Shown here: positions 1 to 9,258 of the stretch, piece by piece
Numbering within the stretch: position 1 is the stretch's first letter
Layout of the letters: each line of letters begins with the position of its first letter
NCBI GenBank assembly: GCA_964304625.1
Contig: OZ199839.1
Coordinates: 12,030,280-12,040,071 of the forward strand
Length of the DNA: 9,792 nt
Direction: 5' to 3'
Source of the DNA: Kudoa neothunni
Lineage: Eukaryota > Animalia > Cnidaria
Made by a program: the position numbers and the translations under genes
The notes under the pieces: model-generated
Database searches by the model: none
What the model was told of the DNA's origin: nothing
What the model saw: only the letters and a program-made list of their open reading frames with translations

Positions 1-240
1 GAAAAAATCTTACAAAAAATTTTTCCGTGAATCGTATAAAGTTGGTGAAATTCACTAGGAACCACTTTAAAACTTTAAATGTCCCATCTGCTAACCAGGT
101 ATCACTATATTTCAGATGATTAAGGTTATCTTGGGTTGAAAAAATGACTATCCTGTTGCGGATTATCCCTTTTTGAATAACAAAATTGTTATTCATAAAT
201 AGTATAACGATAACCACGATAGAAAATCTGATATTTTATC
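1..240 (-). pseudogene. Mutator (MULE) transposase remnant B: start of DDE domain, runs off the window
   Basis: NRIVIFSTQDNLNHLKYSDTWLADGTFKV/VPSEFHQLYTIHG is the MULE DGTF..P..F.QLYTIH motif. Frameshifted by a perfect 8-bp duplication ACTTTAAA at 64-79. Confidence 0.85.
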
Positions 241-280
241 GATTACACATAAGTCTATTTCTCTCGCGCTAAATAAATCT

Positions 281-791
281 AACAATCCTATTGGGAGAAA
301 GAGAGCCAGAATCGAACAAGCAAAACTGCTCTCCTCTCAGGGTCGTTATGTCGCTGTTCATTAAATTATTTTTGGTATTAATTTGTATATTCTTCCTTTT
401 TGTAGTGTTCTGAATGTTTCTATAAACATTCTGTTGAGGAACCAAGGTAATTTCTTCAATTTTTTCTTCGGTAGTACTCATCTCATCTCATCTCATCTCA
501 TACACCTACACCTACACCTACACCTACACCTGTCTGGTAGAATATTGGCTAGTCTCAGCCAAATTCTTTATTTTTTTCCTCTTCAGTTACGAAATGGTTA
601 TGAAGAGAATGTACTGTTATCTTTTCTACTTTTCCCACAAAACGGGTAGATATACTCCCGTTACAGCTCCTTTAATCACACCTCCAGTATTGAATTTCAC
701 CCCTAAGCATTCCTTTTGTGTAAAAGTAACCTTTATAGATGATTTTGACTCGACCACGCTGCGTTTTGATCTTAATATAGGTATCTTTCAT
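281..791 (-). pseudogene. Mutator (MULE) transposase remnant A: N-terminal FLYWCH zinc finger plus linker
   Basis: Manual translation from ATG 791: MKDTYIKIKTQRGRVKIIYKGYFYTKGMLRGEIQYWRCD*RSCNGSISTRFVGKVEKITVHSLHNH (FLYWCH pattern GYxY..WRC..C..HNH; stop at 672-674). Frameshift in the T7 run at ~571-577, microsatellite expansion at 477-530, then TTLRGEQFCLFDSG..NRIV, typical of the segment before the MULE DDE domain. Confidence 0.85.
477..530. repeat. Compound microsatellite (CTCAT)5(TACACC)5
   Basis: Read directly: CTCAT x5 at 477-501, TACACC x5 at 501-530. Confidence 0.97.
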
Positions 792-844
792 TGTTGCTAA
801 ATTCAGCACATGCTGCATGCGCATGTTACCGAGTTTTTACTTTA

Positions 845-1690
845 TCAGTTGGCAATACCATTATCGGCCAAATCAACACCAACCATGTTTTTGTTGTATT
901 TATGTATCATTTGAGGCTGGTCAATAATTATATTTTTGTTATCCTTTCTGGAGTATCTTTTTATGGATACTAATGGATAACATGTGTAGTGGTTGCTCAT
1001 TACAATAACGGGCTTCGTGTCATTCTATCGGGAACAATAAATTTGATGAGAATCTTCATATTGTTTGAAATATCCTCTTTTATTTTTGGAAAAAACATTA
1101 GAGCAAAAAAGAGGACACTTCCCAGTTCGATTCGGTCTTACTGTGCGAGAAGCCGCCACATTCATTTCCTGCAACAACTTTAGTAATTTGTAGGATGTAA
1201 AGAAGTTGTCAATATAAAGATCCACTTGACTTAAATCATCAATATCCTTTAGAAAATTTAAAACCACATTCTCACATTCTCATCGAGACGAAATTGGTTA
1301 TTTGCTCTTTCTTTATCGCAATAAATTTTGAAGCTGTATATATAACCAGACTTGCTGGCCATAATCCATAACTTGAATCCGAACCTTACTGGTTTGCCAT
1401 TTATAAACATTTTTGCCGAGTGCATACCAAAATAAGGCACCATTTGTTCATCGGTTGATAATGTTTTATCAAAAATCCCGAACGTTTTAAAATTAGCATT
1501 CAAGTTATCGATTGAGTTGTTATCAGCAAAGTGTACATAACGTTTAATTTCTTTAAAACGTTTTAAAGTCATGGCTTTTTTAACTAATTGGACGCCAGAG
1601 TCTTCAGCAGTTTCCCAATACATTTTCTGTCTTGGTAAGTTATGTTAACCAGATAAGTATGCCTATGAAATTTTTTATTTCATCAGGTAA
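845..1690 (-). pseudogene. piggyBac transposase remnant 1 (PGBD2/PGBD3-like, DDE_Tnp_1_7)
   Basis: DEIKNFIGI..LPRQKMYWE..MTLKRFKEIKRYVHFADN..STDEQMVPYFGMHSAKMFINGKPVRFGFKLW; frameshift ~1260; LYIDNFFTS; R*NDTKPV (TGG>TAG at 1025-1027); QPQMIHKYNKNMVGVDLADN. All three catalytic-Asp motifs are recognisable; it has stops, frameshifts and deletions. Confidence 0.93.
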
Positions 1691-2003
1691 TTTTAAATAA
1701 TTAGTGATGTTCATTTTGAGAGTTTACCGAAAACACGCGGTAAAGTATATTATTTCCGCAATCAGTTTAGGTATGATGTTTAAATTGAATATAATGTAAA
1801 ATTAATTCAAAAGATAATATATGTTAGCAGTGGTAGTTTCTTCTAGCGCAATAGAAACATTTTTTCGTTCTAATGCCCATACTTGGGCGGACGGAAAAAA
1901 AAGAATCAATAAAACTTTCAAATAAATAATTTTACATTTATATCGTTATATTATAAACAATTTTTATTTTTTACTTAAATTAAAATGGAAAAAAGTGGAT
2001 ATA

Positions 2004-2971
2004 TTATTTATATATAGATATACAATCGAAATACTGGTGTATCATTTTCGATACATAAAACCTAAATTGTTTAATATAGGCGGGATATCTTTGATTATGA
2101 CTGAGTGTTCCTAACAATGTTAAATTTAGATCAAGAAGTTTCTTCCCCAACGGAACCGATGTGAAAAAGTTATCGCATACGATATTTCGTCCGGTTTCTT
2201 TTGAATAAGAACAAAGATCCAAAACGACATTATCTCCAACATCATTTTCTTCAACATTTTTTGCTCTTTGGGTATTTTTATTTCTACAGAGATAGACAGA
2301 TATATTGTGGGTAAAATATTTTTCCGTTGACCTTGCGAATTTCTCTAGTCTCATTGTCATCAAAATGGAGACTTTTGTAAATCTGTGTAAACCTTGCCAA
2401 TAGCATAATTTATGAATACCCCATTTTAAGTTTGTGTTGGCAGTGACGGTTTCATCAAATTCATCGTTGAAGAATAAAGTAAAACAATTATCAATATTAC
2501 AAATCCGTGAGTTTGCATATGCAGTTATGCCCATCATTTTGGTTATCATATTTTCTAGATTTTGTATTTTTTAGTGGTTGGGATAGCAGATGTCCACAAC
2601 ACGTCACTTTTATCCACGTGTAAATAAAATGTTGTGATCTAAATCATCGGAAGAATCAGTAGTAGGATATTCGTAGTCCATCTCTTCCATTTCACAACAA
2701 AGATGCATGCCATCGGGTGAAATTGCACACCTACGGAAATCAACAAACTCGAATTTTCTAATAAATTCCAACGAAAGAAACTTTTATAAACTTGAAATTT
2801 TTCTCTTTGTAATTTTATAATTTAATATATGAAAAATATTTAAACAATACATTAAATTTGGGTGGAATAAATAGAAATGTTGACATTTTATACAACGGAT
2901 GATCCGCAAAACTACTTCGACATTCGTGCTGAGGTCCATCCAATGAACCCCAAAAATGTTCGGAAGGTTAA
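2004..2971 (-). mobile_element. piggyBac remnant 2 (PGBD4-like), internally deleted, with putative 5' terminus and TTAA target
   Basis: Acidic N-terminus from ATG 2690 (MEEMDYEYPTTDSSDD), GITAYA..CFTLFF, then VVLDLC..TGRNIVCDNFFTSVPLGKKLL..LTLLGTL. The first catalytic motif region is missing. Minus strand reads TTAA(2971-2968)|CCTTCCGAACATTTTTGGGGTTC..GGACCTC, a piggyBac-like end. Confidence 0.85.
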
Positions 2972-3047
2972 TAACGATGCTCTAAATTATATAATGTAAT
3001 CATCAATGGTTATGAGTAGTTTTGTACCAATAATTAATATTGTATGA

Positions 3048-5543
3048 TCATTGTAATGCTTCTGAAAACACATAGAGGTTGTTTCTCGGTCCCACTCGGA
3101 ATACTGCAAGGTAGAGTTGGTCATGTGAAAAGCATGGTTCCTCCAAATGGAGTCCAACAACATTGAAGGTTTGCCCCTGCGACTTATTGATATAGCAAAG
3201 GTCAGCTTGACTGGGAACTGCAACCTGCGAAAATTGAATGGGCAATCAGATGGAATAATAGGTATTCTGTGGATTTATACATCTTCGCTCCTAGCGCAAC
3301 CGCAACCTGTCATTATATTGACGTCTATAACATACGACTTGTGTCGTATGTTAATTAGTCGTTTGCTGTCACAGAGGAAAGAAATATCCAAATTTCTAAT
3401 CAGCATGATTGGAGCCTCAATTTTTAGAACCAACTTGTGAAACGGTACAACAGAAATGTCTAGATTGTTCAGAAATTCAGGGGGTTAAGTGACTGACTTG
3501 GAAGGTTCAACCATTGTATCAAATGATTTATAAATATTTTCGTCACCAATTTTTAAAATGTTCTCTCCAAAATTTCCGGATTCTTGATCATTGTGCAGGG
3601 ACGCTCTCACGTTTATAGAAAGTTTAATTTTTCTCACCAAAGGCCACAAAAGGGATGATTTTAAGTACATCTCTACATGGTCACCTCTAATACCTTTTGG
3701 GATCACAGGTAGTGTTTGACGATAGTCCCCAGATAGTACTGTAAATAGTTGCAAATTTACGCTAAGAAAGAGGTACGCGTTAACTCAAAGTGAGCGACAA
3801 ATTAATTATATTGATTGTTTATTCTCTAGGGACATTACAAATACCGTCCATGATAACTCCCCCGAATGAAGGATTGTCTTCTCTAATATCTTTTGAAATA
3901 CGATCAAAAGTCTACAGAACTATTCCAATCGCCAATGTACTTTCATCCCAGATGACAGCACTACATTTCTAAGTAATTCAGCAGAAGCACTGCTTTTGCT
4001 GATTCGGCATGTCACGGTTCCATCGTTTGATAGTTTTAAAGGTAATTTAAAGGTGCTATGGGCCATTCTGCCTCTAGGAAGTAGAGCCGAAGCTATACCT
4101 GACGATGCGACGGCAATTTTAGATTGGCATCGTAGTTGAACAAGGATTAAGTTGATAACAAACGTTTTCCCAGTCCCGCCAGGCGCATCAAGGATGGTGT
4201 TATTATTCGCAGAGATTTGAACATTTTGTATTATGGAGATGAAAGCATAGAATTGTTCTGAGCTATAAACTCTATTTCAGTTTATCGGTATTGTAACCAA
4301 GCTCTCTATGGATTTCAGTAGGAATCTGGTTTCCAAAAGATCTATCAAGGAGAGGAAATCCATATGCGGTCAAACAATCACAGCCCATTTCAATAAGTTT
4401 ATTCTCGATGTCAACAAGACACATATTATAAATGGATTCGTTGTATTCGATCATCCCATATGGATGTACCATTCATCTGCTAAATTGTTTTGATATTTCA
4501 ACCATAAATTATATGGGCAGTTCAGCTCGCAGATTCTAATTAAGATATCGAAAAGCTGTCTCAACTGAAATGGAGAATTAACAACAACAGCTTCAGTCTG
4601 TGTGTTATCCCATTGATTGTAATCTTTGAGCATGCCTCTCTGTAAGTTAAACATATCCCATCAACTCTTCTAAGTTGTTCAAAATAAGCCAGCCCCTATC
4701 ATTGTGAAGCAACGTTTTTAGAATAAACATTCTAGACTCTTTCCATCGTGTAATCCAATTATATTTCTTGATTTCCTTCCGCTGCAACACCTCACTTTCT
4801 TCTAAACCATTTGTTATTCTTCCAAGTGTAATACGAAGGTATCACCCTACTGAAATTAAAAAGGCCGTTATTGTGGTGTCTTTTGGATTTGCTAGTTGGG
4901 GCATAAGGGTCTCATGAGTTATGTATATATTCTTTGGCTATTTTCCAGATGTACACTGAGATGTTGGATAGTTGGATATCGATACCAAAAATTCTACATT
5001 AATATGGGCGCTAAATACTTTTGTCATTGTTCACCTCATAATTTTTTCTCAATCTCATTTCCAATTCACCCTAACCGCATCTCCTTCGCCTATAAAATAA
5101 ATAGTCATCACGATCGGTTTGAGTTTGTCGGAGAAATTGTTTGTAATATTCCCTCTTTCTTGCAGAGACTACTGGTATTCTATGCGCCGCAAGGACCATG
5201 AATCATCTGGTTTTAATTATATTGAATAAAGTTGTGTCTACAATTGGATCTGTTATTTCTGCTGATATAAACCTACCAATGTCGCTTGAGTGAATCAAAA
5301 TATATGCATGAGGCAATCCCCTTTTCTGCCACTCAACGGTATGCTTGTCCAACAAAAAATTCATCTATAATTTCCAACCAAAAAGGGTTGCATGTATAGG
5401 TGATGAAAAGATCAGGACGACCATAACATTTCACATAAGTCATAGCGTCTTGTGTTTGTTTGAGCATGTAGATGTATCGCGGAGATCCCGTGAAGTTTGA
5501 GGGTAAAATACAAAGTTGTCCACGTGTATCATTGTCACCGCCA
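3048..5543 (-). mobile_element. Helitron RepHel (HUH Rep + PIF1-family helicase) pseudogene
   Basis: Rep: ILPSNFTGSPRY..QDAMTYVKCYGRPDLFITYTCNP.W, VEWQKRGLPHAYILI, MIHGPCG. Helicase: LDAPGGTGKT (~4165-4195), AVASSGIA..GRMAHSTFKLPL, VIWDES, FGGV..LSGDYRQTLPV, QFPVKLTFA/INKSQGQT..CFSHDQLYLA..RV. Many frameshifts, stops and deletions; no CTRR 3' end seen. Confidence 0.96.
3740..3839 (-). mobile_element. 100-bp solo-LTR-like insertion inside the Helitron helicase
   Basis: Ends TGTAA...TTACA (5-bp inverted, TG..CA). Flanked by AGTAC (3735-3739) and AATAC (3840-3844), a 5-bp TSD with one mismatch. AATAAA on the minus strand at 3818-3823. It splits the otherwise contiguous FGGV..VLSGD motif. Confidence 0.7.
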
Positions 5544-5580
5544 TTAACCTACTTATGGATTTGGGGTAAAAAATAACCCA
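5544..5580 (+). mobile_element. Putative piggyBac terminus (TTAA|CCT...)
   Basis: TTAA|CCTACTTATGGATTTGGGGTAAAAAATAACCCA has the same architecture as the end at 2967 (TTAA CCT..TTTGGGGT..ACC). It sits where Helitron similarity stops. No partner TIR found. Confidence 0.5.
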
Positions 5581-6183
5581 ACTTTTTCTCTGAAAGAATT
5601 AAAAATATAAAAGTTTCGGGGTATTTTTGACTATGTTGAGACTTTACTGAAGTGTAAATTTGAAAATATAACGTTGTTAATTCTTACCAAATGACGTCAT
5701 TAAGTTTACAAGAACAACTTTTTTTTGATTCAAGGAGTTCACACAATTAAGATTGAGTCAACATGGGGGAATTCAAAAAAATATCGTTCCATAACGAACG
5801 AACATCCATCCAGATACACTCCCAAGCTATATATCAGATTGATTGTATTGAATAAAATATAAGGGAAAAGAAATTAGCATTTTATTCAAGTTATTAATAA
5901 CAAATTATAACTCTTTTTAAAATTTCACGATATTTTATATTGTTTTCGGAACGCTGGGAACGTATACTGTAAATTAGCCGAAAAATTTAGTAAATTCAAT
6001 ATGAAAATATTAACCTTTAAAATAAAAAATAATTAAATAGAATTAAGAAAGCTTTCCTAATTCGTAAGTCTCCATTTATTTTAATTTTTAATTCTAAATA
6101 CTTACTTACTTAATACTTAATACTTAATTCGTTGTTGTCCAATTGAAATTACTCAATTCTGCAATGTTCAAGGTAAAAAAATT

Positions 6184-7100
6184 TAGATAAGTTTGTAAAA
6201 GAATTCAAGAAAATTAATTGGAGCATATATTATCATTACCGAAAAACCCACAATGCATTTAATTTAAGAAACAAATATAGCAATTATGTTTTTGCTTCCA
6301 CACACACGTAACTATAAAATGTTACAAATGATTATGGAGTCTAAATTAAACGCCACGGTTGTAACGCTTTAAATTATGTCGCTCAAGATTTGTTATAATT
6401 CATATCTGTATGTGTATGGATGCCGAATATTGTAAGTCATACGTCATATCGTCATATAGGCGTTATTGCATTTCTTAAATTCTGTCTGGTAACTACATTG
6501 AAATGTTTATTATTGACATAATTAATCTCGGTTACCTAAGAATCTCAATTTTTATCTTGAAGTTAATAATCTATTTGGCGTCAAAGAATGTAATTCTCTT
6601 GATAATCTACTAATAAAATTCGCTGATCCATAAAAACATAACATTGGCAATATATATCGGTTACTAATAATGCAGATGTATATAAGTTGTTTACATTCCC
6701 AGAAAACATCGGTTGTACCATGTCTGTAATGTCAAAAGTTTAAACATATTTTACCGCACATGCTTACTCTACGTGTTACACACAGACACTTTAGCTTTAT
6801 ATATATAGTAAATATATATGACTAATGCGATTTCCATCACATTGTTTTTTTGTAAACTTGGAATATTAATATATTTATTCCATAGCTTCGTAATGTTCGA
6901 AAATCATCAACTAGCATTGAAAATATCCATCTTAATATAACAACATTCCATTATATTATAAAGATTAATCTAAAGGTTAATAACGACGAAAAGAATAAAT
7001 TAGAGTTGACTCTTACTGGCAAAACCAAGAAATGAAGACAATAAAGCCCAAATTAATTTTGACGTATCACAAACAATAAAAATTGTTCTTTAATAAGATT
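6184..7100 (-). pseudogene. Probable decayed intron-containing host gene for a membrane protein (possibly DEG/ENaC-like)
   Basis: Three GT-AG intron-like segments of 47, 44 and 43 nt (7016-6970, 6767-6724, 6535-6493). Peptide fragments LIWALLSSFLGFA, ILIFQVYKK, KVSVCN, IVGFSVM..LEFFYKL. Many in-frame stops. Confidence 0.35.
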
Positions 7101-7556
7101 TCTTTCCATAAGCGTACTTGATGAAATCGTTGTGTTTTACTAAATTAGTGTTCATGGATTCACCAATGCTCTTCATTTAAATAACTATAATTAACAAATG
7201 CTTTGAATAATAGTTTACCCTCTAATCCTTTTTAAGCAACCTATAACCTAAAGGTATTTATTGGGAGCTGTAGATGGAATTACCGTCTAATAAGAGCTAG
7301 AGCCTCTGGAGGTCATTTTTTATTATTAAAATTATTTTGCAACTTGAGAGATGCTAGATGAAGTAGCAAAATGTTCAAAATGATTATTTATGCATCTCAA
7401 CTTGAATATAAAAACTTTTATGTACAACATACAGCCGAAGTTTGTGATTTATTTTGTTTCTAAAAATTTAAAAAGAATGAAATGTTTAAAACATTGGCTA
7501 TTCATGATTCATGATTTAAAACAGTCAGCATAATTCTTCCAAACATCCATATCCTA

Positions 7557-7880
7557 TCCATCATCCATCTCCATCTTCATCATCTTCATCTTCATCATCT
7601 TCATCATCTTCATCTTCATCATCTTCATCATCTTCATCTTCATCATCTTCATCTTCATCATCTTCATCATCTTCATCTTCATCATCTTCATCATCTTCAT
7701 CTTCATCATCTTCATCATCTTCATCTTCATCATCTTCATCATCTTCATCTTCATCATCTTCATCATCTTCATCTTCATCATCTTCATCATCCATCTTCAT
7801 CATCTTCATCATCCATCTTCATCATCTTCATCTTCATCATCTTCATCATCTTCATCATCTTCATCTTCATCATCTTCATC
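7557..7880. repeat. Compound (TCA/TCT)n microsatellite with a 24-bp higher-order unit
   Basis: TCA and TCT triplets in a 9+9+6 pattern (minus strand reads DDEDDEDE or MMKMMKMK repeats), with occasional extra C (TCCATC) near 7790-7815 and at the left edge. Confidence 0.97.
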
Positions 7881-8411
7881 ACCGGGTTTTTGCGCTAATA
7901 ACCAATGAAATCACACATTATTTTTTATAAACTAACTTATAAATTGAATAAGCGCCTTATTTTCATTCTAGTGCTGATTTATTTCATTTAAATAACAAAA
8001 AATTTAATCTAATAATTATCAAATAACCCGCACGTTAGAGAAAATGAAATCTTTGAGTTTCTTTATCGATGAATGATGAATATTATTTTATTGATTGTTA
8101 ACCCTCTTGAATTGTTTAAAAAGTTTGTACAAAAAGAACATCTGCTTCTTTTTCTTCTTCTTCTTCTAAGTGTGGAGGTTGCTAAAATCCCATTTTTTTC
8201 TCCACACCAATAGCCAATATGAATGTTAACCTTTAAAGTTCATTGTGTAAAATAAAATCATTTGAGAAGAATGATGCAAATTATTCATTTAATTATTTTT
8301 GTCAAAACCAATTATTACAAGCTTGAATACTAGTTTCGCAATTAGGTGCTGTAAAACTAAGGTATCATCTCGATGTGGAACTATTTTTGAGTTTAAATTT
8401 GTTTTGTCACC

Positions 8412-8700
8412 ATGCAAACATTACGATGGAGAATATATATAAGAGTACTTACAACTAATGCATGGATGAAACAATTATATCTCCGAAAATATTGATGTAA
8501 ACATAAAGACAGGGATAGGATTTAAAAACTTGGGGATATTCGTGCTCCTAATGTTTATATAAGTAAACGATTTGATGGTAAAGCGTAATTCATTGAAATA
8601 GACAAGGTATTCCTTCACGTAAAGCAGAAATATTATGGGTCCGATGATATCCGGTACATTAAATGAAATTTTTTGAAAAGTTTAGAGTACCAATTATTCA
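8412..8700 (+). pseudogene. Possible Merlin/ISXO2-like (IS1595 family) transposase remnant
   Basis: FDGKA*FIEIDKVFLHVKQKYYG (~8571-8639) resembles the Merlin motif G..VEIDES..KRKY..G. Upstream WGYSCS*C may be a zinc-ribbon remnant. Very degraded. Confidence 0.35.
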
Positions 8701-9093
8701 TCTCATCGTTTTATCAAATTATTGTTATAACAATTTATTATGAATGAAGAATTCATATTAAGTTATAATATGTGAAACCAACAAGAAATAGTAAAATAGA
8801 AAAACCAAAATTATCTATAAATTTATTGTGGGAAATTAACAGATTATAACTAGACTTAAAATAAAATAATTATTTTTGAAAATATATGAAAAGATTGGAC
8901 TTTGAAATTAAAGTCGATATAACAAAATAATAGACAAGTTAATTTAAAGTAAGATGTGCAAGTTTTAATTAGATTCTTTAATATGTATTGTGCATTCATG
9001 TTCCTTGTCACATGCTACGATTGCGAGAAGACAAAGCTATTTATGCTCCGACGTATGTTGTTACGTCCATATTAAAACCAATAGAGAATAGAA

Positions 9094-9258
9094 AAAGATT
9101 ATATATAATACATAAATGATAAGATATAGTACGCAAATGATAAGATATAATACGCAAATGATTAAAATGGATAGAAATGAAAGGTTTATGTATAATACAG
9201 AAACAAAGGATTAAAAATATACACAAAGGATTAGGATTATACAGAAAACAAACAAAGG
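9094..9258. repeat. Telomere-adjacent degenerate ~20-29-bp minisatellite
   Basis: AAATGATAAGATATA(G/A)TACGC x2.3 at 9114-9162, with flanking degenerate units starting AAAGATTA, AAAGGTTTA, AAAGGATTA, AAAGGATTAGG. Confidence 0.8.

Noticed and set aside
672-1650. Stop-codon reassignment explaining the in-frame stops
   Set aside because: The stops fall at positions expected to hold different residues (Trp, Tyr, others) and co-occur with frameshifts and deletions, which is ordinary decay.
1843-1888. CTAG plus hairpin as the Helitron 3' end
   Set aside because: The hairpin is ~29 nt from the CTAG, longer than the usual ~10 nt, and the stem is only 5 bp.
383-5201. Plus-strand ORFs (383, 594, 791, 989, 3147, 3790, 4308, 4896)
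   Set aside because: Antisense shadows of minus-strand transposase remnants with no recognisable motifs.
2964-6986. 14-bp direct match AAGGTTAATAACGA at 2964 and 6973
   Set aside because: About one such match is expected by chance in 10 kb of AT-rich DNA, and it does not extend.
7238-7252. Inverted telomere-like TTTAGGTTATAGGTT
   Set aside because: Only about two imperfect units; compatible with chance.
7554-7812. ORFs encoding poly-MK or poly-DE
   Set aside because: Confined entirely to the microsatellite; artefacts of a stop-free repeat.
9041-9226. 61-aa minus-strand ORF with 7-aa repeats
   Set aside because: Reflects the 21-bp minisatellite; non-ATG start and no coding evidence.
9094-9258. 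CRISPR-like array
   Set aside because: Tandem degenerate units without unique spacers, in a eukaryotic context with no cas genes.
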